Source: an uncultured Candidatus Entotheonella sp.
GTDB taxonomy: Bacteria; Tectomicrobia; Entotheonellia; Entotheonellales; Entotheonellaceae
Length of the DNA: 64,000 bases
Direction of reading: 5' to 3'
NCBI GenBank assembly: GCA_958295825.1
Contig: OY282375.1
Coordinates: 665,489 to 729,488 of the forward strand
Translations under genes and position numbers: made by a program
The notes under the pieces: model-generated
What the model saw: the letters and a program-made list of their open reading frames with translations, nothing else
The model's database searches: none
Told to the model about the DNA's origin: nothing
Shown: one piece after another, positions 53,949 to 64,000 of the stretch
Layout: each line of letters begins with the position of its first letter
Numbering within the stretch: position 1 is the stretch's first letter

Positions 53949-55553
53949 TTGTCAACTTGGGGAGAACCAATGCCCTACAAACGGATGGACGCCATGTCCC
54001 GCCAACAGATAACCGACATGCAGAGGGCTTATCGTGCCGAAAAGGGGATTTCTCTCCCCGCCGTTGACAAGGCCGCAACCATTCTTCGCACGCTCCGTTT
54101 CATTGTGCTTTTCTTCTTCCCCTTCATCCTTCTCGCCGGCTGCAGCGGCGGCGGGAAGGCGGAATTTCCATTTCCGGCCGTTGAGCATTTTAATGGCGGG
54201 GAGAATGGGGATGCCGCGGTGTCTGGAACGGGGTTGGATCATCGTGATTATGCCAAGTCCGGGCACAGGAGCCCGAATTACGACTGGCACCAGTCATTTT
54301 CCCATCTTCATTTTTGGCGCGATACGGTGCATCTTGGCGGCGATCTCGAGCCGAGGGAGAACTTGCGGCTTATTTTCGAGCCTCGTCATAACGGAGGGGG
54401 ATTTACGATCTCGATGGGCGCGTCGAGGGACGGCGTGGGCGTGGACCGCCTTGATAATTACAGGAATGATCTGGAGACGAAGAACGGCACGGTCTCTTCT
54501 TATCTGTCTGACGATGGATTTCATTCGTTCCGGGTTCAGCCGAGCATTCGGTTCGGGCGAGGGTTCGAGAATTCCGATTCGGAATTGTATTGGGTCCTGG
54601 TGGAAAGCGTGCGGCTGCTGAACGACGCGTTGCCGCCGGAGTTTCAGATCAAGTGGGGAGACGATTTCCTGAGCGGGTCGCTCGTTTACGAGGGGGACAT
54701 CGTGGTGGCGGCTCGCCCGCCTTCTGTTGTTAGGAATGTCTGTTCGGAAAACGCGGTGGCTTGCGCGATCAGCAACATTTCTGTCGGCGGCCATACCCGG
54801 GATGCCACTCTTTTTTTTCCTGATGATTTCGACGCTTCGGATTTGGTGTTTGCTCGCACCGTGGTTGTTCATGAGCTGTTGCACGCGCTCGGCATTCAGG
54901 GGCACGTGGATAGCATCGAGTTTCCCGATTCCATCATGGGAGCGTCGGGGGATTTCTTTCCCAACCCGGGGTTCGTCATGGGTCGCATCGACCGGGAGGT
55001 TCTGCAGATTCTGTATATGTCCAAGGATACGGCGAGGTATAACGACTGGAGCGAGTGGTCGGATACGACCTTGCATCTCGTCGGGCGGTCGGAAGACGAT
55101 TTCGTTCATTTCGGCGTGGCGTTGTTCAACGGGCTTCCCCAGCCGTGGGCGAGGGGCAGGTATCCCGATACGTCGCTGGCGGGCAATAGGCTGTTGACGG
55201 GCCGCGCTTCCTGGGAGGGCTCGCTGCTCGGCTTTTCCGGGCCGTCGCCGATCATGGGCGACGTCAGGCTCGATGTAACGATGAGTCGGCTGTCCGGCCT
55301 TCAGGACTTGAGGTTCCGGGATATTTTCTTTCTTAATCGGTACGACAGCGACGGGCCTGATCGCTGGTTTCCGGCGAGGAACCTTAACTATAGGGTTGCT
55401 ATTACTGAGGGGGGGAACAGCTTTTCGCATTGGGATGATGCCGAGTCCGACGAGGGCATCATCTCCGGCGTTTTTCTCGGCCCTAGGCACGAGGGCATGG
55501 CGGGAACCATCAAGCGGACAGACCTTGTCGGCGCGTTTGGCGGAACACGATGA
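53949..55553 (+). CDS. Surface lipoprotein: metzincin-like zinc metalloprotease domain (HExxHxxGxxH) fused to a TbpB/fHbp-like C-terminal beta-barrel
   Basis: Lipobox FILLAGCSGGG. VVVHELLHALGIQGHVDS matches HExxHxxGxxH. C-terminus ...GIISGVFLGPRHEGMAGTIKRTDLVGAFGGTR parallels the 25486-26460 C-terminus. The true start is probably downstream of 53949. Confidence 0.6.
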   Translation: MSTWGEPMPYKRMDAMSRQQITDMQRAYRAEKGISLPAVDKAATILRTLRFIVLFFFPFILLAGCSGGGKAEFPFPAVEHFNGGENGDAAVSGTGLDHRDYAKSGHRSPNYDWHQSFSHLHFWRDTVHLGGDLEPRENLRLIFEPRHNGGGFTISMGASRDGVGVDRLDNYRNDLETKNGTVSSYLSDDGFHSFRVQPSIRFGRGFENSDSELYWVLVESVRLLNDALPPEFQIKWGDDFLSGSLVYEGDIVVAARPPSVVRNVCSENAVACAISNISVGGHTRDATLFFPDDFDASDLVFARTVVVHELLHALGIQGHVDSIEFPDSIMGASGDFFPNPGFVMGRIDREVLQILYMSKDTARYNDWSEWSDTTLHLVGRSEDDFVHFGVALFNGLPQPWARGRYPDTSLAGNRLLTGRASWEGSLLGFSGPSPIMGDVRLDVTMSRLSGLQDLRFRDIFFLNRYDSDGPDRWFPARNLNYRVAITEGGNSFSHWDDAESDEGIISGVFLGPRHEGMAGTIKRTDLVGAFGGTR

Positions 55554-55800
55554 GCAGAAAGGGAAGGGGTTTGATTTGGTTGCGGGTTGGTGATTGACGG
55601 TGTTTGTTGTCGTCGGTTTTCTACTGTCGTCGGTCGGCTTCGCGGAGGTGAAGCCGACTGGGGTTGGTACGAGACGCGCTTTGTCGATTCCCTCGGCGTG
55701 CTGGTAGGGCTCAATGTGAACATGGTGGAGGCCGCCACGCCGAAACCCGATTTTCCCGTGCCGAGGGTTTTCTATGTCGGTCTGGGTTTTCCCTCCGGCG

Positions 55801-55890
55801 AATAGTCCTGCAGCACGACAAAAATGTAAAAATTTCAGCCCGCCTGAGCACCTTGCTTCCGGTCGATCAGCGACCGACTTTTTGTGCAAA
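55801..55890. repeat. Dispersed repeat copy, inverted relative to 31221-31335
   Basis: tcctgcagcacgacaaaaatgtaaaaatttcagcccgcctgagcaccttgcttccggtcgatcagcgaccgactttttgtgcaaagccg. Directly abuts the IS5-family element. Confidence 0.7.
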
Positions 55891-55899
55891 GCCGATGAA

Positions 55900-57100
55900 G
55901 ACATAAGGGCATCTCTAATAATACACATCTCCCACTTGGTTTAGAATTACTGAACCACGTTAACCAACAAGATGGGAGGAGTTGAGCATGGGTCAGATGG
56001 GCTTTTTCGATGTCGAGAATCGCTACGCCGCTTTGGACGCCAGGAATGACCCCCTGGTGAAGATCAATGCCGTTGTGCCGTGGGAAGCATTCCGCAGCCG
56101 CCTGGAGAGCGTCTGGCGTAAGCCGCCCGACGAGCGCAAGTCGAACGCGGGGCGCCAACCTTGGGACGCCATCGTCATGTTCAAAGCCATCCTTCTGTGC
56201 GCCCTCTACAACCTGTCGGATGACCAAGGCGAGTACCAGATGCGCGACCGCCTGTCCTTCGTGCGCTTCCTGGGCTTGGCCCTTGAAGACAAGGTGCCGG
56301 ACGCCAAGACCGTGTGGCTCTACCGTGAGCAGTTGTCACAGGCTGGCCTCATGGAGGCCTTGTTCGAGGATGTCGACGCTTACCTGAAAAGCCAAGGCTA
56401 CCGAGCGATGGGCGGCCAGATCATTGATGCTTCGATTGTGGCGGTTCCCATTCAACGCAATCGTCGTGACGAAAACGAGCACGTCAAGCGCGGTGAGCTA
56501 CCCGAGGCCTGGACTGACAAGCCGGCCAAGCGTCGGCAAAAGGACAGGGATGCGCGTTGGACAAAGAAGCACGGCAAGAGCCACTACGGCTACAAGAACC
56601 ACGTCACCGTTGACCGTCGGCACAAGCTGATCCGGCGTTATCGGGTGACGACGGCGGCGGTCCACGACAGCCAGGTCCTTGAGGAGTTGTTGACGTCGGA
56701 CAACACGGCACGCGGCGTCTGGGCGGATAGCGCCTACCGGTCGAAAGACATTGAAGCAAAGGTGAAAGCCAAGGGCCTGACAAGTCGGATACACCGCAAG
56801 GCTTCTCGTAACCGTCCGTTGCATGCTTGGGAGAAAGCGGGCAACCGGCGTCGTTGCCGGTTTCGAGCACGGGTAGAGCATGTCTTCGGCGCGCAGCAAA
56901 ACGACATGGGCGGGACGCTGGTTCGCAGTATCGGACTTGTACGAGCGAGGGCGCGGATAGGTCTCAAGAACCTCGCTTACAACATGCGGCGTCTGGTTCA
57001 ATTGCAACGTCTGGCGAGGGTAGGTTAAGCGCCAAGGGTGCGGAAGGGTACGCCGGAGTCCCCATTGACAGGCGAATCCCCCCTGAACAGCCGAGTTCAT
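55900..57100 (+). mobile_element. IS5-family insertion sequence (single DDE transposase); ends not delimited
   Basis: Contains the transposase gene at 55988-57028. Terminal inverted repeats could not be identified by eye, so the boundaries are approximate. Confidence 0.55.
55988..57028 (+). CDS. IS5-family DDE transposase (DDE_Tnp_1)
   Basis: ...RQPWDAIVMFKAILLCALYNLSDDQGEYQMRDRLSFVRFLGL...GQIIDASIV...WTKKHGKSHYGYKNHVTVDRRHKLIRRYRVTTAAVHDSQ...ADSAYRS..., with an IS5-type D, D, E spacing. GGGAGGAG RBS. Confidence 0.85.
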   Translation: MGQMGFFDVENRYAALDARNDPLVKINAVVPWEAFRSRLESVWRKPPDERKSNAGRQPWDAIVMFKAILLCALYNLSDDQGEYQMRDRLSFVRFLGLALEDKVPDAKTVWLYREQLSQAGLMEALFEDVDAYLKSQGYRAMGGQIIDASIVAVPIQRNRRDENEHVKRGELPEAWTDKPAKRRQKDRDARWTKKHGKSHYGYKNHVTVDRRHKLIRRYRVTTAAVHDSQVLEELLTSDNTARGVWADSAYRSKDIEAKVKAKGLTSRIHRKASRNRPLHAWEKAGNRRRCRFRARVEHVFGAQQNDMGGTLVRSIGLVRARARIGLKNLAYNMRRLVQLQRLARVG

Positions 57101-57224
57101 TTTCCGCCACGTGCCAGCGAATTGCCAACCCTGTCATCTTTGACCGTTCGCGGGCATTTTTCGAGGTGCCCATAAGTAAGCGTTCAGCAACATCACACAG
57201 CCGCCAGGGGCGTCATGCCAACGC

Positions 57225-57452
57225 CTACGACGACCGCTTACCCTGCCACAAACAAGAAAAGGGGGCGGTCCTTGTTAAAGGCGCCCCCTTGACTCCGGCC
57301 CTGCTCCAGCGCACGAAGCGGTTGTAGAGGGTCTTGTAGGGTCCGTAACAAGCGGGCGCGTCGCGCCACCTTAACCCATAGCGGATGACGTGGATGATAC
57401 CGCTGATGACCTTTCGGTCATCGACGCGCGGGACGCCGCTGGAGTGGTTCAT
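57225..57452 (-). pseudogene. N-terminal (DUF4096) fragment of another IS5-family transposase
   Basis: ...DDRKVISGIIHVIRYGLRWRDAPACYGPYKTLYNRFVRWSRAGV... is the conserved DUF4096 block. Only 75 codons remain. Confidence 0.5.
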
Positions 57453-57720
57453 CGACCGTTACCGAATCACCCGCGACAAGGAAAGCGGCATCGTCAACGA
57501 CCCCAACGGCTGGTTCGACGACCCGCGTGACCTGATCGCGGCGGTCCGCCGGGTCATGCACATCAGCGTGGAGACCGTCCACGTCGTGAAGCACTTGCCG
57601 GAGCCATTTCTGGAACAAACAACACCCTAAACACCTGAATCATCGGCCGCAACGTCGTCATCATCACCAGCAGCCGAGACATCAAACAGTGTCTATTCAA
57701 AAGTTTGGAGGCGAAATCAT

Positions 57721-59346
57721 ATGCCTAATCGTTTCGTATTGGAATTTCCAACGACTGATACAGATAGAAATGCCGAATACACTCTCGAAACAGGAGAAAT
57801 TCTCTTTATCCTAGGAGCAAATGGCTCCGGAAAATCGAGTCTCATTTCCAAGCTATTCAATGATCACAGTCAAGATGCCAAGCGTATCTCCGCAAACCGC
57901 CAGATTTGGTTTCAATCCAATAGAATTGACTTGACCCCGTATGGAAGAAAAGACCTCGAAAACGCCACAAAAAAGTACGATCAGCAGATATACTCCCGGT
58001 ACCAACAACGCCAAGCTGCCGAACGGACAATTGCCGCAATCTATGACTTGATCGACGCAGAAACCATGATGAATAAAGAAATCGTCGATTTGATGCGACG
58101 CAAAGAGATCAAAGCGGCTGAAAACAGAGCAGAATCTCCTTCACCGATTCAATCCATAAATGAACTCCTGCAACTCTCGAACCTTCCGATCAAAATCAGC
58201 GTAGAAGAACGTCAGAAGATTATGGCCAGCCGAAATGACAGTGCTACCTACAGCATTGCCGAACTTTCGGAAGGAGAGCGTAACGCGCTCCTCATCGCGG
58301 CCGAAATTCTTACCGCCGAACCAGGTACTCTGATTTTAATTGACGAACCAGAGCGGCATTTGCACAGGTCGATTATCTCCCCACTGCTCTCCTCACTGTT
58401 TGAGAAACGAAAAGACTGTTCTTTTATTATTTCAACACATGAAGTGATGCTGCCTGTAAATAATCCGACGGCGCAAACATTGTTAGTGCGATCCTGTAAA
58501 TATGAGGATTCCCAAGCCAAATCCTGGACGGGTGACTTTTTGTGTCCAAAAGCCCAAATTGATGACGAACTGAAGCGCGACATTCTTGGCGCACGCAAGA
58601 AAATCATTTTTGTCGAAGGCACCGAAGGTAGGAGTCTTGACTCGCCCCTCTACAGCCTGTTGTTCCCTCAAGTGTCAGTCATCGCCAAGTCAGGCTGTCG
58701 CGAAGTTGAACAAACCGTGCGGAGCTTGAGGGAAGCCTCGGAAATGCACTGGCTACGCGTTTGGGGCATTGTCGATAATGACCGACGTTCGCAAGAAGAC
58801 ATCAAACGCCTCCAAAGCCTTGGCGTGCACGCTCTTTCCTATTACTCAGTCGAGTCGATCTATTTTCATCCTGAGATGATCCGACGTGTGGCCAATCGTA
58901 AAAGTAAGGAACTCACTGAAGAAGACCCCACTGAACTGTACGACCAAGCTGTCAAGAAGGCGCTTCGCGCAATTGAAAAGCAGAAAACCCATCTGATCCT
59001 CAAGGCTGTTGAGAAATTGGCTCGACAAGAAATCTCTGCTCAATTCCCAACGAAAAAAGATGTCCAAAATATGCAGCCAGTGAATATCAAGGTAGATTTG
59101 GAAAGATTACGAGCCGCCGAAGAGGAAAATTTCGATGCTTTAGTTCAAGCTCGTAACCTTGAAAAGCTGCTTCAGCGGTATCCAGTCCGAGAGAGCGGGG
59201 CTTTAGGGGAAATTGCAAAAGAGATTGGACTTCCAAAAAAATATGAGTCGGCTGTTCAGAAGCTGCTTCGGGAAGATGCTGATGCTCTGGAATACTTCCG
59301 TGGCTTATTCAGTGAATTGCTCACCGAAATCAATTCTGAAAGTTAA
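57721..59346 (+). CDS. OLD-family / PARIS-like (AriA-AriB fused) ABC ATPase plus TOPRIM (DUF4435-like) nuclease
   Basis: Walker A ILGANGSGKSSLISKLF, ABC signature IAELSEGERNALLIAAEIL, Walker B GTLILIDEPERHLH, H-loop SFIISTHEV. TOPRIM/DUF4435-like RKKIIFVEGTEGRSLDSPLYSLLFPQ and the DxD motif in WGIVDNDRRS. AT-rich. Confidence 0.65.
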   Translation: MPNRFVLEFPTTDTDRNAEYTLETGEILFILGANGSGKSSLISKLFNDHSQDAKRISANRQIWFQSNRIDLTPYGRKDLENATKKYDQQIYSRYQQRQAAERTIAAIYDLIDAETMMNKEIVDLMRRKEIKAAENRAESPSPIQSINELLQLSNLPIKISVEERQKIMASRNDSATYSIAELSEGERNALLIAAEILTAEPGTLILIDEPERHLHRSIISPLLSSLFEKRKDCSFIISTHEVMLPVNNPTAQTLLVRSCKYEDSQAKSWTGDFLCPKAQIDDELKRDILGARKKIIFVEGTEGRSLDSPLYSLLFPQVSVIAKSGCREVEQTVRSLREASEMHWLRVWGIVDNDRRSQEDIKRLQSLGVHALSYYSVESIYFHPEMIRRVANRKSKELTEEDPTELYDQAVKKALRAIEKQKTHLILKAVEKLARQEISAQFPTKKDVQNMQPVNIKVDLERLRAAEEENFDALVQARNLEKLLQRYPVRESGALGEIAKEIGLPKKYESAVQKLLREDADALEYFRGLFSELLTEINSES

Positions 59347-59544
59347 AGAAACACAAAAAACATGATCTTGACACACCACAACCAGACGCCAATAAAGCGT
59401 CAAACGATGAGCAATGGCTTTCAGAACACCTTGAATCACATCCGGTCCATCACTACTTCGGAAGCCAGGAAAGACCGGATCTTCGAACGCCTGATGAAGA
59501 TGTACTTCGTTCAAGACCCGCTTTACCAAGGTCATTTCTCCCAT

Positions 59545-62500
59545 GTTCCGAACCTACTGCAATCAGATAACCCGAATCCAAGCCACCGGACAGGCCACCG
59601 AGCATAGTTATCGTCCGGCTTTCGCGTCCCTGGTCGAAGCACTGGGCGGCGGCCAGGTTCGGGCGCTCAACGAGCCGTCGCACGTCGCCTGCGGCGCCCC
59701 CGACTTCATCGTTGAGCGCCACGGCGCGCCCACGGGTCATGTCGAATGCAAGAACGTCAGCGTCCATCTGGACGACGTCGAAAACAATGCGCAACTCCGC
59801 CGCTACCGCGACGGCCTGCCCAATCTGATCCTCACCAACTATCTGGAATTTCGCTGGTATACGGCAGGCCAGCGACGCGAGACCGCCTGCCTCGGACGCT
59901 TTGACGGCCAAAGCAAAATGGCCTTCGACAGGGTAGGCGCCGAACAAGTCGGCGCCTTGTTCGACGGCTTCTTTGCCGCCGACCTGCCGATGATCGACAA
60001 CCCGCGCGAGCTCGCCGAGCGTATCGCCGCCAAGGCGCGGCTGCTGCGTGACAGCGTGGAGCGCATTTTCGCGCAGGAAAACCCATCCGGGCCGCTGCAT
60101 GACCTGTTGACGGCCTACCGGCAAGTTCTGATTCAAAACCTCAAGCCCGCCGATTTCGCCGACCTGCAGGCGCAGACCGCTACCTACGGCCTGTTCGCGG
60201 CACGCTGCCAACACGAGCCGTCGAGGCCGTTCACCCGAAAAGAAGCGATCTTCGCAAAGACAACGCCATTCCTGCGCGACGTCTTTGGCCGCATCGCCGG
60301 CCCCGACATCGACCCGCGCATCGCCTGGATCGTGGACGATCTGGCGCGCCTCCTGGACCGGGCGGACATGGCGGCGATCCTGACCGATTTCGGCCGGCGC
60401 ACCCGGCAGGAAGACCCGGTGGTTCATTTCTACGAAGACTTCCTGGCCGCCTACGACCCGAAACTGCGCGAAGTGCGCGGCGTCTACTACACGCCCGAGC
60501 CGGTCGTCTCCTACATCGTGCGCAGCGTGGACCACCTGCTACGCGACCGCTTCGGCCTTGCCGACGGCCTCGCCGACACGGCAACGGTTACAGTCGAGAG
60601 ACCAGACGGCGAACAGGAGACAGGCCCGCGCGTGCTGATTCTCGACCCTGCGGCAGGCACCGGCACGTTCCTGCGCGAGGCGATTGCCACAATCCGCGCC
60701 ACCATCGAGAACAAGGGGCTCGGCGGCGTCTGGCCAGACTACGTGCGGGACCATTTGCTGCCGCGCCTGTTCGGGTTCGAGTTGCTGATGGCGCCCTACG
60801 CCATTTGCCATCTGAAGCTGGCGCTGGAGATTGGCGGCGCGGAGGCGGATTTCACCATGCCGGCGGGCGAGCGGCTGCGGGTTTTTCTCACCAACACGCT
60901 GGAGGAACCGCACGAGCGGAGCGGCGCGCTGTTCGCCCACGAGATCGTACGTGAAGCGGCCGGCGCCGATGACGTGAAGCGCAAGAAGCCGGTGATGGTG
61001 GTGCTCGGCAACCCGCCGTATTCCGGTCATTCCGCCAACAAGGGCGCGTGGATCGCGGGGCTGCTTCGTGGACGGGATGGAGAAGAGAAAACAGGCAGCT
61101 ATTTCGAGGTAGATGGGCAACCGCTTGGTGAGATGAATCCAAAATGGTTGAACGACGACTACGTCAAATTCACCCGCTTCGCCCAATGGCGGATCGAGCG
61201 CAGCGGCGAAGGCGTGCTCGGCTTCGTCACCAATCACGGCTGGCTGGACAACCCGACCTTTCGCGGCATGCGCCACAGCCTGATGGAAACCTTCGACGAG
61301 ATTCACGTGCTCGATCTGCACGGCAACGCCAAGAAGAAAGAACGCGCGCCGGACGGGGGCAGGGACGACAACGTGTTCGACATTCAGCAAGGCGTCGCCA
61401 TCGGCTTGTTCGTCAAGCGGTCGGATACCGCCGCCAGACCGGCGCGGGTGTTTCACGCCGACGTGTGGGGTGAGCGCGAGGCGGGACCCGACGGGGGCAA
61501 ATACGGCTGGCTCGCCGCCAACGACATTGCAGGCACGCGCTGGACGGAACTTTTCCCGAAGCCGCCTTTTTATTTGTTCGTGCCCCGGAACGAAGCGCTT
61601 GCAGAAGAATACGAGAGCGGCTGGAAACTGACGGACGTGTTCCCCGTCCATTCGGTTGGTATCGTCACCGCCCGCGATGAGTTGGCAATCCAGTGGACTG
61701 CCGACGACATGCGGAAGACAGCTGCGGACTTCGTTGCGCGTGGAGTCGAGGAAGCACGAAACATCTACGGACTTGGGGAGGATGTTCGAGACTGGAAGGT
61801 GTCATGGGCACAGGAGGACGTGCGTTTGCATCCCGATTCCGGCAAGTACGTCAAACCTGTCCTGTATCGTCCTTTCGATACCCGGTTCACGTACTACACG
61901 GGTAAATCACGTGGTTTCATCTGTATGCCTCGCCCCAAAGTCATGCGCCACATGTTGAATGGGAAGAATCTGGCACTGATAATTCCCAAGCAGCATAAGG
62001 ATGAATTCGGTACTTTAGCGGCGCAATTCATCAGCGCCCACAAAGCCGTTGCGGCCTACGATATCAATTATCATTTCCCCCTCTACACGTATCCCGAGAG
62101 CAGGGAAGGTCTCATTCCCGACACTCGAGAACCCAATATCGACCAGGACTTCATCAAGCCCCTCTCCGCCGCTACCGGTCTCGCCTTCGTCCCGGACGGC
62201 ACGGGCGATCTCGAAACCACGTTCGGGCCGGAAGCCGCCTTCCATTACGTCTACGCCATCCTCCACAGTCCCGAATACCGCCGCCGGTACGCCGGTTTCC
62301 TGAAGTCGGACTTCCCGCGCATCCCGCTGACCAACGACCGCGAGCTGTTCACGAAACTCGCCGCCCTCGGCAAGCAACTGGCCGCCTTGCATCTCATGGA
62401 AACAGAAGGGGAGAACTCACCGGCCTTTCCCGTCGCCGGTTCCAATCGCATGGAGAAGGCACGGTATGCGCCGCCGAACGACGGTCTGCCGGGCCGGGTG

Positions 62501-62734
62501 TGGATCAACCGCGACCAGTATTTCGAGGGCGTTACTCCGGCCACCTGGACCTTCGCCATCGGCGGCTACCGCCCGGCCGAGAAGTGGCTGAAAGACCGCA
62601 AGGGCCGCGTCCTGTCGTTCGAGGACATCATTCACTACCGCAGCATCTGCGCGGCGCTCGCTGCAACGCCGGATCTCATGGCCCGAATCGACGAAACGAT
62701 TATCGTGTATGGCGGCTGGCCGCTGACCTGCTGA
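59545..62734 (+). CDS. MmeI-family single-chain restriction-modification enzyme, copy 2 (5' junction differs; TRD diverged from copy 1)
   Basis: Near-identical to copy 1 from ...RTYCNQITRI through the MTase domain, including PDFIVERHG...HVECKNV, LDPAAGTGTFL and LGNPPYSG. Blocks about 61060-61140 and about 61520-62100 differ (...DIAGTRWTELFPKPPFYLFVPRNEALAEEYESGWKLTDVFPVHSVGIVTARDELAIQWTADDMRK...). The similarity to copy 1 starts at 59545, with a fortuitous ATG at 59543. Confidence 0.75.
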
Positions 62735-62751
62735 CAGGAAAGGTACAAATC

Positions 62752-64000
62752 CGTGTTGGTTCCCGATCAAAGCCGCACCAACCGAGACCAAGTTCCCGAT
62801 CAAAGTCACATTAACCGAGTCCGCGATGCTCTCTGGCAGCGTTTCGGCGGCGGTGCGTCCGTCATGGTCGGAAGCGGCTTCAGCAAGCATGCCCTGAAAA
62901 CCCGGCCGGATGCGGAAGACCCACCGCTATGGCGTGACGTCATAGAAGGGATGTCATGCAAACTGTATCCGAAAGGAACCAACGGAATACCAGCAACGGA
63001 CGGTCATTTGAGGATCGCCCAAGAGTATGAAACCGCGTTCGGACGGAGTGACCTGCACCACTTCATCCGACAAACGGTCCGGGACGACGACTTCAATCCT
63101 GGGGACGTGCATGCCCGGCTATTGCGACTTCCTTGGCGTGACGTTTTCACCACGAACTGGGACACCCTCTTGGAGCGGGTGCGTACTTCCGTGCCTGAGC
63201 GAGCTTACAGCGTCCTCCGCACAATGGACGAAATTCCGTTGGCAAGCCGACCACGAATCATCAAATTGCACGGTTCTCTGCCCGCCCAGTTTCCGCTTAT
63301 TTGCACGGAGGAGGACTACCGAACGTATCCGACGAAATTCGCTCCATTCATCAACACGGTGCAGCAGGCCATGATGGAAACGGTTTTCTGCCTGATCGGA
63401 TTCTCCGGCGATGATCCAAACTTCCTGCAATGGTCGGGATGGGTTCGCGACAACCTCGGCGGCGCGGCCCCGAAAATATATCTGGCCGGATGGCTGGATT
63501 TGTCCCCCCACCGTCGGCGCATGCTGGAGGGTCGTAACGTGGTTCCTGTGGATCTTGCGCATCATCCCAAGGCCGGTACGTGGCCGGAGCATCTGCGTCA
63601 TGATTACGCAACGGAGTGGATTCTTCATACGCTGGAGCTAGGGTGTCCCTACGATGTCACAAATTGGCCGTTGCCAAATGTTCAAGCACCTCTGAAATTG
63701 CCAACGCATCTTGAACCGGTCGAAGTCGTCACCTTCGACACGCCCCAAGAAGAGTCTTGGCCTGTTTCCTCATCGAATGAGCCCGAGAACAATGAAAAAT
63801 CCGTTCGGAAAGTTCTTGAGGTCTGGACCCACAACCGAAAAGTTTATCCGGGTTGGTTGGCTGTTCCTGCAAATTCACGATTTTCCATAAACATAAATCG
63901 GAACACTGAAAAATGGGAAAAGAAAATTCTGAACGTGCTTCCCGAGTTTTCTCCGGTAGACCGGCTCAACGCCATTCACGAGTTGGTGTGGCGCCGGGAA
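62752..64000 (+). CDS. SIR2-like (SIR2_2/DSR-type) NAD+-dependent domain protein, 5' part of a large defence-associated sirtuin; 3' end beyond the window
   Basis: Open frame from the GTG at 62752 to the window end: ...RFGGGASVMVGSGFSKHAL..., ...DVFTTNWDTLLERV..., ...PRIIKLHGSLP... are hallmark SIR2_2 motifs (GxGxS, TTNYD, iKLHGS). Absent from the ORF track because it has no stop in the window. Confidence 0.7.

Noticed and set aside
1-64000. CRISPR arrays and rRNA genes
   Set aside because: No regularly spaced direct repeats of 24-48 nt with unique spacers were seen. No stretches resembling 16S, 23S or 5S conserved regions. The only tandem repeats are short ones (for example caatataatgcca x2 at about 25388 and gttcccgatcaaag x2 at about 62755).

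Overview
High-GC (about 65%) bacterial chromosomal segment in which a conserved housekeeping backbone is interrupted by AT-richer accessory islets carrying defence and mobile genes. Backbone genes: two paralogous hydantoinase/oxoprolinase hyuA-hyuB pairs (1-3785 minus strand; 15366-18936 plus strand), aroA-aroK, a tRNA-Arg(CCG), lptE-holA, rpsT, site-2 protease, an LLM-class oxidoreductase, rpiA, htrA/degP, an FGE-family enzyme, two SDRs, a solA-like oxidase, SPFH/NfeD, cysH, a dksA/traR-like gene, priA and an ArnT/PMT-like glycosyltransferase. Accessory content: (i) a type III R-M locus (mod 8179-11208, res 12248-15193) whose mod gene carries an in-frame about 450-nt insertion encoding, in the +1 frame, a four-helix-bundle (TIGR02436-like) protein, and whose res gene has an in-frame TAG; (ii) two paralogous proteins (11260-12066 and 32978-34261) that share an uncharacterised about 110-aa N-terminal domain but carry different TIR-family effector domains; (iii) two MmeI-family single-chain R-M enzymes (45392-48547 and 59545-62734) that are about 95% identical except for the target-recognition region; (iv) toxin-antitoxin and abortive-infection-like modules: DUF433/DUF5615, PanA(DUF4065)-2TM toxin, RHH-ParS(DUF2384)-RES, TIR-like(DUF1863)-SLATT-like, a fused ABC-ATPase-TOPRIM (OLD/PARIS-like) protein, and a 5' partial SIR2 (DSR-like) gene at the window end; (v) mobile DNA: two IS427-like IS5-family copies with an A6G slippery site (one internally deleted), one IS5-family element, several transposase fragments, and gene remnants (MNT, N6-MTase, DUF1156 methylase, FAD-oxidoreductase and priA fragments) that mark rearrangement scars. 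No CRISPR array or rRNA was seen. Many long ORFs in the supplied track are antisense artefacts of GC-rich coding DNA and were not called.
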